DNA of 64,000 bases. Origin: Muribaculaceae bacterium. Its GTDB lineage: Bacteria > Bacteroidota > Bacteroidia > Bacteroidales > Muribaculaceae. Position 1 is the first letter of the stretch, and each line of letters starts with the position of its first letter. The notes beneath the pieces were generated by a model. The model saw only the letters and a list, made by a program, of their open reading frames with translations. It had not been told where the DNA came from and searched no databases. Shown in pieces: positions 36,191 through 49,612 of this stretch. The translations under genes and the position numbers were made by a program. The stretch covers positions 22,880 to 86,879 of the forward strand of contig JAFLTM010000001.1 in NCBI GenBank assembly GCA_022509225.1, written 5' to 3'.

Positions 36191-37381
36191 ATGATCTCTG
36201 AAAGAATCCAGAATCTCTCTCCCTCAGCCACTCTGGCGATGTCGCAGAAGAGTGCCGAACTGAAAGCTGCCGGCATAGATGTGATAAACATGTCGGTGGG
36301 TGAACCTGATTTTCACACCCCACGGTTTATAAAAGAGGCGGCTAAAAAAGCTATCGACGACAATTTTTCAACCTATTCGCCGGTGCCCGGTTATCTCTCT
36401 CTGAGAAAAGCTATCTGCGAAAAACTTTTGCGCGACAATCATCTGGAATATACCCCGGAACAGATTGTAGTGGGTAATGGTGCCAAACAGGAGCTTTGCA
36501 ACACAATCCTGGCACTCGTGAACCCGGGCGACGAAGTGATTATCCCCACACCGGCATGGGTAAGCTATGTCGAGATGGTGAAACTCGCCGAAGGGAAATC
36601 CGTGCTTGTTCCTGCCGGACTCGATACAGATTTCAAGGTCACCGCAGCACAGATACGGGATGCAATCACTGATAAAACTAAACTTCTGCTCTTAAACTCT
36701 CCATGCAACCCCACCGGCAGCGTGTATAACAAAGAGGAACTGGAAGATATTGCAGCGGTTCTACGTGATTATCCCGACATCATGGTAATGAGCGATGAAA
36801 TCTACGAACACATAAACTTTGTAGATGAAGTCTATTCAATAGCACGTTGCCCGGGCATGAAAGAACGCACCGTCATCATCAACGGCGTATCTAAAGCTTA
36901 TGCCATGACAGGATGGCGTGCCGGTTTCATGGCTGCGCCACTCCCCGTAGCCAAGGCTTGCACAAAACTCCAGGGACAATACACCTCAGGTGCCTCATCT
37001 ATCTCCCAGAAAGCAGCCGAAGCTGCTTATCTCGGGCCACAGGATTGTGTGGAGGAAATGCGTCAGGCATTTGAACGTCGCCGCGACCTTATCGTGGAAC
37101 TTGCATCACAAATCCCCGGATGGAAAGTCAACAAACCTCAGGGAGCCTTCTATCTTTTCCCGGATGTCTCTTATTATATCGGTTCCTCTTGCGGCAAATA
37201 CTCAATCAATAGCAGCGCCGACTATGTGATGTTTCTCCTTGCTGAAGCCCACGTGGCATGTGTAGATGGCGACGCTTTCTGCGCTCCGGGCTATATGAGG
37301 CTCAGTTATGCCACTTCCGACGATAATATCAAGGAGGCTATAAGAAGAATTAAAGATGCTTCATTAAAATTAAAAAAATAA
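36191..37381 (+). CDS. aspC: PLP-dependent class I (aspartate) aminotransferase
   Basis: GEPDF, NSPCNPTG, SDEIY and SKAYAMTGWR. Confidence 0.92.
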   Translation: MISERIQNLSPSATLAMSQKSAELKAAGIDVINMSVGEPDFHTPRFIKEAAKKAIDDNFSTYSPVPGYLSLRKAICEKLLRDNHLEYTPEQIVVGNGAKQELCNTILALVNPGDEVIIPTPAWVSYVEMVKLAEGKSVLVPAGLDTDFKVTAAQIRDAITDKTKLLLLNSPCNPTGSVYNKEELEDIAAVLRDYPDIMVMSDEIYEHINFVDEVYSIARCPGMKERTVIINGVSKAYAMTGWRAGFMAAPLPVAKACTKLQGQYTSGASSISQKAAEAAYLGPQDCVEEMRQAFERRRDLIVELASQIPGWKVNKPQGAFYLFPDVSYYIGSSCGKYSINSSADYVMFLLAEAHVACVDGDAFCAPGYMRLSYATSDDNIKEAIRRIKDASLKLKK

Positions 37382-37387
37382 TTACAA

Positions 37388-38746
37388 ATGAAATTTCCCG
37401 CAATTAAAAATATAAGCCTGTTTCTTGCATGCATTTTATTAACATTTGCAACCTCCTGCAAGAAGGAGAGCGGTGCTGATTTGTCAGGACTGCTACGAAC
37501 CATCCCCTCTTCCGCAGCAGGAGTAGTGGGCATCCAGCTTCAAAAGATTATTGAAGATGCCGGATGCACCGTGAAAGGTAATGAAATCATCCCGGGGAAA
37601 GAAGTTTCTTCCTTGCTCGACAAGACATCTTCTTCCGACCAAGAGACCGCCAGGCTGATATTCAACGGATCCACCGGAATAAAACCCGATTGCGCCGTTA
37701 TTTTCATCGACGGAACCAGAACTTTCCTCACTTTCTTCCTTTACGATGTCAATAAATTTATAGAGGCTGTGGAGAAAGACACATCCGGCTCTTTTTCTGA
37801 TGAAGGATCGGGGGTGAAAGTATGCGAAAATATTGCCTTGAAGGGAAATCAAGCCTGGATATGCCTTTCTAACGGAAAGAGTATCGATCCCGAAGCTATC
37901 GCAGGATATGCATCGCTGAGCGAGTCAAGAAGTTTCCTCAAAAGTGATTTGGCTGAAACAATACTGAATGCAAAGAACGATATAAGCGGGTGGTGCATGC
38001 TTAATGAGATGCTACAAAATTCCCTCTCAAGAAGCGAAATGAGCATGGCAACGATTGCTTCCGGCCTGCTATTCGACGATGCCGAATCCGTGCAGTTTTC
38101 CATTGATTTCAAAGATGGAGACATGGAGATGTCGGGGCGTATTCTCAATGATAAAGGTAAACCCTCGAAGTTTCTCCTACCCACTGAGAAAGTCGACCTC
38201 AAGGTGCTGCAAAGCATAGGGGGCGACTGCGACATGCTATTGGCTTTTACCTTGACACCCAAACTCATTGATAAATTCGAAAAATTAGGCTCTGTTTTAG
38301 GAGGAAGCCTCTTCGGAGATTTCAAAGACACATTCAAGAATATCGACGGAACAGTGGGCGTTGCGTTAAGCAATTTGAACGGAGATCCCAAAATAAACGG
38401 AGTTATATCCACAAAGGGTAAGGCATCTGACGAACTTATCGGTTTGATCACCACAGGTCTCGCACCGGTGAAAGTCGACGGCAACCAACTCCGTTTCTCC
38501 AACGGAACATCAACCGGAAATGCATCGGTAGCCGACCTCTCTGAAATGCTGAAAGGATGCTGGTTCGGTGTTGCTTTCGACATGAGCGGAGACATTAACC
38601 CAATCACCGGTAAACAAATTCCCGATTCCATGAAAAGTGCCTCTGTTAGACTCTTCCCGCGTGACGGTAGCCTTGAACTTATTTTTAATCTCAAAAGCAA
38701 TCAGCCTAAACAAAACATCCTGCTGACTCTTTTGAATTCCATCTGA
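37388..38746 (+). CDS. Lipoprotein of unknown function (possibly DUF4836-like)
   Basis: Lipobox FATSC, 452 aa. The family call is tentative. Confidence 0.55.
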   Translation: MKFPAIKNISLFLACILLTFATSCKKESGADLSGLLRTIPSSAAGVVGIQLQKIIEDAGCTVKGNEIIPGKEVSSLLDKTSSSDQETARLIFNGSTGIKPDCAVIFIDGTRTFLTFFLYDVNKFIEAVEKDTSGSFSDEGSGVKVCENIALKGNQAWICLSNGKSIDPEAIAGYASLSESRSFLKSDLAETILNAKNDISGWCMLNEMLQNSLSRSEMSMATIASGLLFDDAESVQFSIDFKDGDMEMSGRILNDKGKPSKFLLPTEKVDLKVLQSIGGDCDMLLAFTLTPKLIDKFEKLGSVLGGSLFGDFKDTFKNIDGTVGVALSNLNGDPKINGVISTKGKASDELIGLITTGLAPVKVDGNQLRFSNGTSTGNASVADLSEMLKGCWFGVAFDMSGDINPITGKQIPDSMKSASVRLFPRDGSLELIFNLKSNQPKQNILLTLLNSI

Positions 38747-38771
38747 TTGTTAAAAAATATAATTAACATTG

Positions 38772-38807
38772 TTAATGACAGACTGCAAAGTTTGTCATTA
38801 ATTTTTT
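38772..38807 (+). terminator. Rho-independent terminator overlapping the susC promoter
   Basis: TTAATGACAGAC-TGCAAA-GTTTGTCATTAA followed by T6; a -7 box TATTTTTG lies at 38813-38820. Confidence 0.6.
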
Positions 38808-38885
38808 CAAATTATTTTTGTGCGGATTTTTCAAATGGCTGACTAATTTATAACTAACCATAAATCAAATTAATTTTTTTCTTGC

Positions 38886-41800
38886 ATGAAGAACATCTGT
38901 TTTCAACTGAAAAGGAAGTGGGTGATGACTCTTGCTTTGCTGCTCGGTCTCTCCCTTCCAGGCTTCGCGCAGAAAATCACCGTCCACGGATATGTCGACG
39001 ATGACTTGGGCGAGCCCCTGATCGGTGCCACCGTCATGGAGAAAGGCACTACCAATGGAACTGCTACCGACATTGATGGAAACTTCACTTTGAACGTGGA
39101 GCCAAACGCTACGTTGGTTGTTAGCTACGTTGGTTATGATCCCATGGAAGTTCATGTGGATGGTCGCACCGACATAAAAATTACTATGATGCAAAACGCA
39201 CAGATGCTTGCTGAAACTGTGGTGATCGGTTACGGTTCTGTGAAAAAATCCGACTCCACCGGTTCGGTTGCCGTGGTTAAACCGGATGATATAGAAGCCG
39301 GTCTCGCCACATCTGTGCAGGATATGCTCGTGGGTCAAACTCCGGGTGTTGTGGTCACCACTTCCGGTGGTCCGGCAGGAGCCGCCGATATCCGTATCCG
39401 TGGCGGCGCTTCCCTCTCAGCAACAAACGACCCTCTTATCGTGCTTGACGGAGTGCCTTTGAGCTCCGACACCCCAACAGGACTCGGCTCCCCTCTCGCA
39501 ATGATTAATCCCGAATCTATCGAGAGCATGACTATACTCAAGGATGCTTCCGCAACTGCAATCTACGGTTCGCGTGCATCCAATGGTGTGATCATCATAA
39601 CCACAAAGAAAGGCACTGCCGGAAGACCAAAGGTGACTTTCTCCGCTAATTTCTACGTGGACTATGCTCGCAAGAAACAAGAGGTGCTCAATGCCTCCGA
39701 GTTCGCACAACTCGTGATGCAGCAGGCTCCTTCTGCCGCAGGGATGCTTGGCAACGAAGACACAAATTGGCAAGACCAGATCTACAGAACCGTGTTGAGC
39801 TCTGACTACACTCTCTCGGTTTCCGGAACTGCCGGTGTGCTCCCTTACCGTGTCACCGCATCTTTCACCAACAATAACGGTATCATCAAAAAATCAACAA
39901 TGAACCGTGCGACATTCGGATTCAACCTCACACCGAAATTCTTTGACAATCATCTATCCGTCAACGCCAACGCAAAAGGATATTATGTCAAGAATACCTG
40001 GGCCGCAACCGATGCAATCGGCCAGGCTGTTGCCTACAACCCAACCATCGGAATTATGATGACACCCGAACAGCTTGAACAATACCGCATTACCGGCGGA
40101 ACCGCAGCAGGCCAATTCGGATATCTCTTCAACGGATATAACGAGCCGTTCACAGTGTCAGGCGGTCAGGCTAATCTGGAAAACAATGCCACCTACAATC
40201 CTGTGGCAACTATTGAACAAACCACCAACTATTCAAATGTGTGGCGTTCCAACGGTAACCTCCAGCTCGACTATTCTTTCCATTTCCTGCCGGAATTGCA
40301 TGCAAACCTTAATCTTGGCTACGACGTGACTTCCTCCAACAATGTCTATGAGGTGGCGGCCAACTCTCACATGGCATGGAAAAACCATAACCAATACGGT
40401 GGTGGCTACAGGGAAGAAGACAAGTCTTTCAGAAGTAACACTCTTCTTGAATTCTATCTCAACTACCGCAAGGAAATTGAAAAATACGACCAGCTCATCG
40501 ATGCAACCCTCGGTTACACATGGAACCGCGAGGCTGCCAACGGTTGGAACTACGGAGCATCCACCAATCCCGGTATCGCTACAACTCCGGGACTTAGCCC
40601 GGCAACTGTCAATCCGGCAGGGGGATTCGACCTCAATTATACTGACGGCACCGAGGCAGGAATGCGCTTTGAAGCCGACCCGATCGATGAAAACGGCAAC
40701 TATCACTGGAAAAATCACCTCCAACTCCTCTCTTTCTTCGGTCGTGTGAACTACACTCTTCTCAACAGATACCTGTTCACCGTTACTCTTCGTGGTGATG
40801 CGACTTCACGTTTCTCGAAAGATAATCGCTGGGGTCTCTTCCCGGCTGTGGCTCTCGGTTGGAGAATCAATGAAGAAGCCTTCCTCCATAGTGCCTCAGG
40901 TTGGTTATCTGACTTGAAGCTTCGTCTCGGATGGGGTGAAACCGGTCAACAGGCCGTAGGTTCTTATTATAACTATATACCGACCTATACCGCTTCGCAA
41001 CCCGGCTCATACTACACCGACGGCCATGGCGGATGGTATATCCCTTATTTCCCTGACGGTTTCAATCCCGACCTGAAATGGGAAACCACAACTACATGGA
41101 ATGTCGGTCTTGACTACGGATTCATGAACAACCGTATCAGCGGTAGCATCGAGTGGTATCTGCGCAAGACACGCGACCTTCTTTCTGTGGTGCCAGTGCC
41201 TGCAGGTTCATCCACTGTGAACTATCTGCCTCAGAATATCGGCGACATGGAAAACTACGGTCTTGAATTCAACATCCAGGCCAAACCTATCGTAACAGAC
41301 AATTTCGTTTGGACCCTCAGCTATAACATCGGTTGGAACCACAATGAAATCACTAACCTTGATGGAAATGAATTCTATGTAGGTGGCGGTTTCGGCGGAA
41401 CCGGTGGCAACTGTCAGATCCAGAGAGAGGGATATCCCGCTTATTCATTCTACCTCTACCAGCAGGTTTATGACGAACAGGGCAAACCCATCCAGGGCGT
41501 TTATGTCGACCAGAACGGCGACGGTGCAATCGACTCAAACGACCTTGTTGTGGAGCACTCTAAAGATCCAAAGGTGACAATGACTTTCGGCTCTAACTTC
41601 CGCTACAAAAGATGGGACTTCGGGTTCTCACTCCGTTCTTCAATAGGTAACTACGTTTATGCATCCTCACTACGCGGAGGTAGCACTATCGACGGCATTG
41701 CCCGTAACAATCAGCTCTCCAACGCATTTAAAACCGACCAATATTTCACAGCCGACACCAGTCCCTCCGACTATTGGTTAAGAAATGCTTCATTTTTAAG

Positions 41801-42002
41801 ATGTGATAATATCACTTTGGGTTACACTCTCGACCATCTCGGCAAATACTATAACGCCAACCTCAGGGTGTTCCTCGGTGTGCAAAATCCATTCGTGATT
41901 ACTAAATACAAAGGACTCGACCCTGAAGTCTTCAGCGGTGTTGACGGAAATATCTATCCCCGTGCCACAACCTGGACTCTCGGTCTGGTGCTTGGATTCT
42001 AA
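38886..42002 (+). CDS. susC: SusC-like TonB-dependent transporter
   Basis: GEPLIGATV...GTATDIDGNF, VVIGYG, IRIRGG, LKDASATAIYGSRASNGVIIITTK, LKWETT and terminal YPRA...LGF. Confidence 0.96.
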   Translation: MKNICFQLKRKWVMTLALLLGLSLPGFAQKITVHGYVDDDLGEPLIGATVMEKGTTNGTATDIDGNFTLNVEPNATLVVSYVGYDPMEVHVDGRTDIKITMMQNAQMLAETVVIGYGSVKKSDSTGSVAVVKPDDIEAGLATSVQDMLVGQTPGVVVTTSGGPAGAADIRIRGGASLSATNDPLIVLDGVPLSSDTPTGLGSPLAMINPESIESMTILKDASATAIYGSRASNGVIIITTKKGTAGRPKVTFSANFYVDYARKKQEVLNASEFAQLVMQQAPSAAGMLGNEDTNWQDQIYRTVLSSDYTLSVSGTAGVLPYRVTASFTNNNGIIKKSTMNRATFGFNLTPKFFDNHLSVNANAKGYYVKNTWAATDAIGQAVAYNPTIGIMMTPEQLEQYRITGGTAAGQFGYLFNGYNEPFTVSGGQANLENNATYNPVATIEQTTNYSNVWRSNGNLQLDYSFHFLPELHANLNLGYDVTSSNNVYEVAANSHMAWKNHNQYGGGYREEDKSFRSNTLLEFYLNYRKEIEKYDQLIDATLGYTWNREAANGWNYGASTNPGIATTPGLSPATVNPAGGFDLNYTDGTEAGMRFEADPIDENGNYHWKNHLQLLSFFGRVNYTLLNRYLFTVTLRGDATSRFSKDNRWGLFPAVALGWRINEEAFLHSASGWLSDLKLRLGWGETGQQAVGSYYNYIPTYTASQPGSYYTDGHGGWYIPYFPDGFNPDLKWETTTTWNVGLDYGFMNNRISGSIEWYLRKTRDLLSVVPVPAGSSTVNYLPQNIGDMENYGLEFNIQAKPIVTDNFVWTLSYNIGWNHNEITNLDGNEFYVGGGFGGTGGNCQIQREGYPAYSFYLYQQVYDEQGKPIQGVYVDQNGDGAIDSNDLVVEHSKDPKVTMTFGSNFRYKRWDFGFSLRSSIGNYVYASSLRGGSTIDGIARNNQLSNAFKTDQYFTADTSPSDYWLRNASFLRCDNITLGYTLDHLGKYYNANLRVFLGVQNPFVITKYKGLDPEVFSGVDGNIYPRATTWTLGLVLGF

Positions 42003-42034
42003 TCAGGGAGTTTGAACTTTAATAAAGAAATAAA

Positions 42035-43732
42035 ATGAATATAAAGAAATATTTGTTTATTGGAGCATTAGCTTTGGGATTCGGATTCACTTCCTGCGTG
42101 GGTGATCTTGACTTGCAGCCCAACGATCCTAACCTTGTTGATGAAAATGCTCCCGATTTCAAAGAAAACACTTTGGCTATTTGCTACAGTGGTATTGCCG
42201 TGAGCGGTATCTCCGGTCCCGGAAGTTCTTATGTGAGCGGCCTTGACCCCGGTGCATCCGCCTACCTGCGACTGCTCTTCACAGTCAACGAATGGGTCAC
42301 CGACGAATGTGTATGGATCTGGCCTAACGACGAAGCAAACTCCGCCGGCGACCTTGATGCCTGCACCTGGAGTTCCTCCAACGTCTATCTCGAAGGTCTT
42401 TATTACCGCATGCTCGGTCATATCGCCCTTTGCAACCAGTTCTTATCGAACTTCAAGGACGATACCGATGAGGAAACCATGGAGATGAAAGCCGAGGCAA
42501 GGGTGCTACGTGCTTACTCATACTATAACATGCTCGACCTTTTCGGAAAGTCTTCTTTCATAACCGAAGAGGCTGAAGTGGGTGAAGAGCCTCAGCAATA
42601 CACCCGGCAGCAATTGTTCAACTGGCTGGTGGGTGAACTTGAAGATATCGTCGACAATAGCAATATAAACACAACTCCGGTGCTTGGACGTGTCGGTCTT
42701 GACGGTGCGGAAGCTCTCCTCGCAAAGGTATATCTGAATGGTGAGGCCTGGACCGGAAGCTCCGAATACTGGGCAAAATGCCAGCAGAGATGCTCTAATA
42801 TAATTGCCCGGCATCAAGGTGGCGGGTTCCAAGGATCTGGACTTGCTGAACACTATCTATATCTGTTCTGCCGTGAAAACGGACAGTATATGCAGGGTGG
42901 AAGCCGTGCCGGCGAGGATGAGATCCTCTTCGGGATATGGTTCGACGACACCTACACCCAAAGCTATGGAGGCCCCACTTTCATCATTGCCTCGACAGTT
43001 GCTAATACCCACTATATTACTCGTCAAAACTACGGGTGTTCTGCTGAATGGGCTTGTATCAGAGGCAAACTTCAGTTGGCTGAGAAATTCTATGGCCTTG
43101 ATAATGACGTGCGCGACGACCTTTGGTTCAAAGGAGGTGCCAATGTTTATCCTGCCGGCGAAGCTGACGGAGAAAGTTGGGATGCTGAAGACTATTCCGA
43201 CACTTTCCTCGGTTTCACAGGCGACTGGAAAACTTGCGGCGGAAACGCCATTATCAAATTCACGGGCAGATATCCCAATGCTGCATGGGACGGCGGTTGG
43301 GATATGATCAAAACAATTGCAAACGCCTCAGATTTTGCTTCTACGGCACAACCTGTGATCCGTCTTGCCGACATATATCTTATGTATGCCGAATGTAATC
43401 TCAATGGCAGGGTGGGCGATCAGAATCTTGCAATCCAATATGTCAACCTTATCCGCCAGCGTGCAGGAAGCCCGGCTGATATCACTGCAGGAACCTTCAC
43501 CATCTCCAACCTTATGAATGAACGCTCCCGCGAATTCTATCTTGAATCTTGGCGCAGGAATGACCTTGTTAGGAACGGTATGTTCGCAGGTCCTAACCAA
43601 ATCACTTGGCAGCTTAAAGGAAATATGGAGAACCTTGAAGGAACCCGCATCGCTGAAAGGAACAATATATTCCCAATTCCGGATGCAGTTCTCGCAGCTC
43701 AACCTGATTTCACTCAGAACGAAGGCTATTAA
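42035..43732 (+). CDS. susD: SusD-like glycan-binding lipoprotein
   Basis: Lipobox FTSC, EARVLRAY, ALLAKVYLN, RLADIYLMYAE, ERSREFYLE..RRNDL and QNEGY. Confidence 0.95.
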   Translation: MNIKKYLFIGALALGFGFTSCVGDLDLQPNDPNLVDENAPDFKENTLAICYSGIAVSGISGPGSSYVSGLDPGASAYLRLLFTVNEWVTDECVWIWPNDEANSAGDLDACTWSSSNVYLEGLYYRMLGHIALCNQFLSNFKDDTDEETMEMKAEARVLRAYSYYNMLDLFGKSSFITEEAEVGEEPQQYTRQQLFNWLVGELEDIVDNSNINTTPVLGRVGLDGAEALLAKVYLNGEAWTGSSEYWAKCQQRCSNIIARHQGGGFQGSGLAEHYLYLFCRENGQYMQGGSRAGEDEILFGIWFDDTYTQSYGGPTFIIASTVANTHYITRQNYGCSAEWACIRGKLQLAEKFYGLDNDVRDDLWFKGGANVYPAGEADGESWDAEDYSDTFLGFTGDWKTCGGNAIIKFTGRYPNAAWDGGWDMIKTIANASDFASTAQPVIRLADIYLMYAECNLNGRVGDQNLAIQYVNLIRQRAGSPADITAGTFTISNLMNERSREFYLESWRRNDLVRNGMFAGPNQITWQLKGNMENLEGTRIAERNNIFPIPDAVLAAQPDFTQNEGY

Positions 43733-43793
43733 GAATACCTGTCCTCTCTATAAGGAGAGGGATGAAACCTATTAATTTTTGATTATAACAGAT

Positions 43794-44639
43794 ATGAAAA
43801 AAATAATTTATTCACTGGCTGTTGTTTCCGCTGCTCTCGGCTTTTCAAGCTGCGAGGAGACTTGGGACAAGAACCCTGTGCTTGATGGGCATACCGGTAT
43901 TCTGCAGGCTGACTTCCTTAACGAACCGGTGATGGGAAACAACGACATTATGCTCACAACCGAGAACTCTAACGGTTATTTCCATCTCACTTGTTCTCAA
44001 CCCGACTATGGATTTGCAGCTGTTGCAACCTACAGGGTGCAATGCTCCCTTACGCCGGATTTCTCCGACTACCGTGAGATCGCGCAGGATTTTTATAACT
44101 GTGCTGAAATTAACCCGCTGAACAGCGAAGTGGCTGCGGCACTCGAATATCTCAGCGATGTTAAGACCGATGAAGATCTGCCATTGCCTTACCAGACTCT
44201 CTATATGAGGCTTTACGCATTCATACAGCAGACTCAGGAAACCACTCAATATGTTTCCAATGTGGTGTCTTTCAAAGGTGTTTCAGTAAATTATCTTGCC
44301 ATCTGGGTGGCAAATCAACCCGCCAATCTTTATCTGAGGGGCGACATGAACGGCTGGGGTGCCGATCCTGCCTATCAGTTCACTACAGGCACTGAAGAAA
44401 ACTCTTGGAAATCCGACGTCATCACTATCGAAGCCGGTCAGGGATTCAAGATTGCCGACAGCAACTGGGGTTCGGTTAACCTCGGTTCCCAGGATGCCAA
44501 CACCGTTGTTCCTGGAACTCCGTTCGCTCTTAACAACGACGGCGGCTCAGGGAACCTGTTTGTAACCTCTGATTTCACCGGCGTGGCTTATCTTTATCTT
44601 GACAAGGGAGTCTATACCCTGATTCTTGATCCTCAATGA
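43794..44639 (+). CDS. SusE-like surface lipoprotein
   Basis: Start MKKIIYSL, lipobox FSSC, SusE N-domain (QPDYGFAAVATY) and a CBM-like YLRGDMNGW...FKIADSNW. Confidence 0.8.
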   Translation: MKKIIYSLAVVSAALGFSSCEETWDKNPVLDGHTGILQADFLNEPVMGNNDIMLTTENSNGYFHLTCSQPDYGFAAVATYRVQCSLTPDFSDYREIAQDFYNCAEINPLNSEVAAALEYLSDVKTDEDLPLPYQTLYMRLYAFIQQTQETTQYVSNVVSFKGVSVNYLAIWVANQPANLYLRGDMNGWGADPAYQFTTGTEENSWKSDVITIEAGQGFKIADSNWGSVNLGSQDANTVVPGTPFALNNDGGSGNLFVTSDFTGVAYLYLDKGVYTLILDPQ

Positions 44640-44663
44640 TAATTAACAAAAAGAGAAATTCTA

Positions 44664-45926
44664 ATGAAAAAATATAGTTTATTTTTATTAGGGGCGCTTG
44701 GATTGATGATGGTGGCTTGTGATGAAGCCAATATCCCGGAATCTATTCCCCAGGAAAATCCCCAGGAACCGGCTCTTTCCATCGGTGACATCACCGTGGC
44801 CCGTGCCGGTGCCTTGGCCGCTTCAACTCCTCTAAATCTTAATGACTATGTCGATGATCTTGAGGAGATGATTCCGGTGCTGACACTCACCGATGCCGTG
44901 AACGTGCCTGAGGGTGCCGACCTCAGTTTCGAATTGATAATGTCGAACAACGATAGCTTCAGCAAAACCTACACCCTCTATCCTCAATACGGAGAAACCG
45001 ACGCCACTTCAAAAACCTTGTATGTGTCGGCTGAAGACTGGAACAACGCACACCTTTATGTGGTGGGTAAAAACCCGAAAGTTCAGACTGTATATTACAG
45101 AATCCCTCTCTATGTAAATGTTGACGGCAGCGACTATCGTTATGGTTCTACCGATTATTACATTCTGGAGGGAACTTTGGAGGAAATGTGTATCGACGAA
45201 GGTTTCGTCATTGAAGATGCATATTATTTCCTATCAAACGCAACCACTTGGGATCTCGGCGCTGAGGGCGACTATATGTTCTACCACGATCCTGACGAAA
45301 GCGTCTATGACAATCCTGTCTTCACTTACGTCTTTTATCAGAATGGCGACAACTGGTGGAAGATAGCACCCCAGTCAAGCTATGAATCAGGTTCTTGGGA
45401 CTTCATTCTCGGCACTGAACTTGATGGAGACGATTCTGAATCAGGTGTGCTCACCGATGTTGATCCGCAGGCAGGTAAAATACCCGGTGAAGGAAAGTTC
45501 GAGTTCAAAATCAATATGGAGACAATGGAATATGACGTTTATCCTCTCGCCGGCGCAATTTATCTTGTAGGCGCACCGCAAGGATGGACAACAGCTCCGG
45601 CAGGCGACACAATGCCGCTCAATGAAACAGAAGTGGGTTCTCTTATCTATACGGGTACCTATGAAATCCCTGCCGGTGATTTCATGTTCCGTTTCTACCA
45701 TGCATTGCTCGACAATTGGGATCTCTTCTCCATAGGTTCTCAGAACAACGATGCAAGTCTTGAAATATCGTTCACCAACGGCATCTACACAGGTCCCGTT
45801 TATCAGGAAGGTGTCAACGCCACACAAGGTAAAGGAAACTGGTCTTGTCCCGACTGGACAGGGGGAAAGGTTGCATTCACTGTTAACCTCAACGACTTCA
45901 CAATTGAAATGAAAGTAGTGAATTAA
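44664..45926 (+). CDS. SusF/DUF5115-like surface glycan-binding lipoprotein
   Basis: Lipobox MVAC, YDNPVF...WWKIAP and YLVGAPQGW...FRFY modules typical of SusE/F CBMs. Confidence 0.78.
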   Translation: MKKYSLFLLGALGLMMVACDEANIPESIPQENPQEPALSIGDITVARAGALAASTPLNLNDYVDDLEEMIPVLTLTDAVNVPEGADLSFELIMSNNDSFSKTYTLYPQYGETDATSKTLYVSAEDWNNAHLYVVGKNPKVQTVYYRIPLYVNVDGSDYRYGSTDYYILEGTLEEMCIDEGFVIEDAYYFLSNATTWDLGAEGDYMFYHDPDESVYDNPVFTYVFYQNGDNWWKIAPQSSYESGSWDFILGTELDGDDSESGVLTDVDPQAGKIPGEGKFEFKINMETMEYDVYPLAGAIYLVGAPQGWTTAPAGDTMPLNETEVGSLIYTGTYEIPAGDFMFRFYHALLDNWDLFSIGSQNNDASLEISFTNGIYTGPVYQEGVNATQGKGNWSCPDWTGGKVAFTVNLNDFTIEMKVVN

Positions 45927-45945
45927 TCACTTTTATTTAAAACTT

Positions 45946-45986
45946 AGAGGTGAGCCTGAATTTCAGATCAGGCTCACCTCTTTTTT
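45946..45986 (+). terminator. Rho-independent terminator of the sus cluster
   Basis: 14-bp stem AGAGGTGAGCCTGA/TCAGGCTCACCTCT followed by a T run. Confidence 0.88.
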
Positions 45987-46028
45987 ACGGTAAATCCACA
46001 AAGCTATATAACTCTGTTTCCAACCGGC

Positions 46029-46065
46029 AATCAAAAAGGGTGACAAAATTGCCACCCTTTTGATT
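46029..46065 (-). terminator. Rho-independent terminator of gap
   Basis: AATCAAAAAGGGTG...CACCCTTTTGATT, just past the gap stop codon. Confidence 0.8.
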
Positions 46066-46082
46066 CTTATACTTCGGTTTGA

Positions 46083-47117
<1,035 letters not shown>

Positions 47118-47410
47118 TTATTTTATCCTTTTCTCTGGTTTGCAAGGGCTCTTTTCGATTGGGAAAGCCCCCTTTACCCTTACTATGCAAATTTACAAAA
47201 ATTTCCCTTAATAAAAAATAGAATCTCACTGATAAAACTTTGAACCTTTCACCCAATTTTCAAATATTAATCCGACTCCCCATTTCCTCCAATTTTAAGG
47301 TCCATTTATGCGACTCAAATCTTTGGCATCCTCAACGATTTTCATTAATTTTGTGGTATAATCGCCTTAAAAGGGAGTGCTTGATTTTTTCGCTCCCAGA
47401 GGCAAAATAA

Positions 47411-49393
<1,983 letters not shown>

Positions 49394-49445
49394 TAATACT
49401 TCAATCCCATTTCTTCTAATTTGTTAGATATTTGATAGAAAACGG

Positions 49446-49476
49446 AGTCTCACTGCAATAAATTTGCAGTGAGACT
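49446..49476 (+). terminator. Stem-loop after gyrB
   Basis: Perfect 13-bp stem AGTCTCACTGCAA/TTGCAGTGAGACT; the U tract is weak. Confidence 0.65.
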
Positions 49477-49612
49477 TCTCTTGTTAAGAATATTTAATGT
49501 CTTGACACTTAATTTATTCATTAAAAAATTAGGAGTTTCCCTATGCTCCTTGTTATATTTGCACCGACAAAAAGACAATATAAACGTTTTGCCTCACCGG
49601 CATTAAAAAAAT

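Noticed and set aside
37849-38700. 283-aa minus-strand ORF and many other antisense ORFs in the track
   Set aside because: They lie opposite well-supported genes, have no recognisable motifs and are explained by codon bias.
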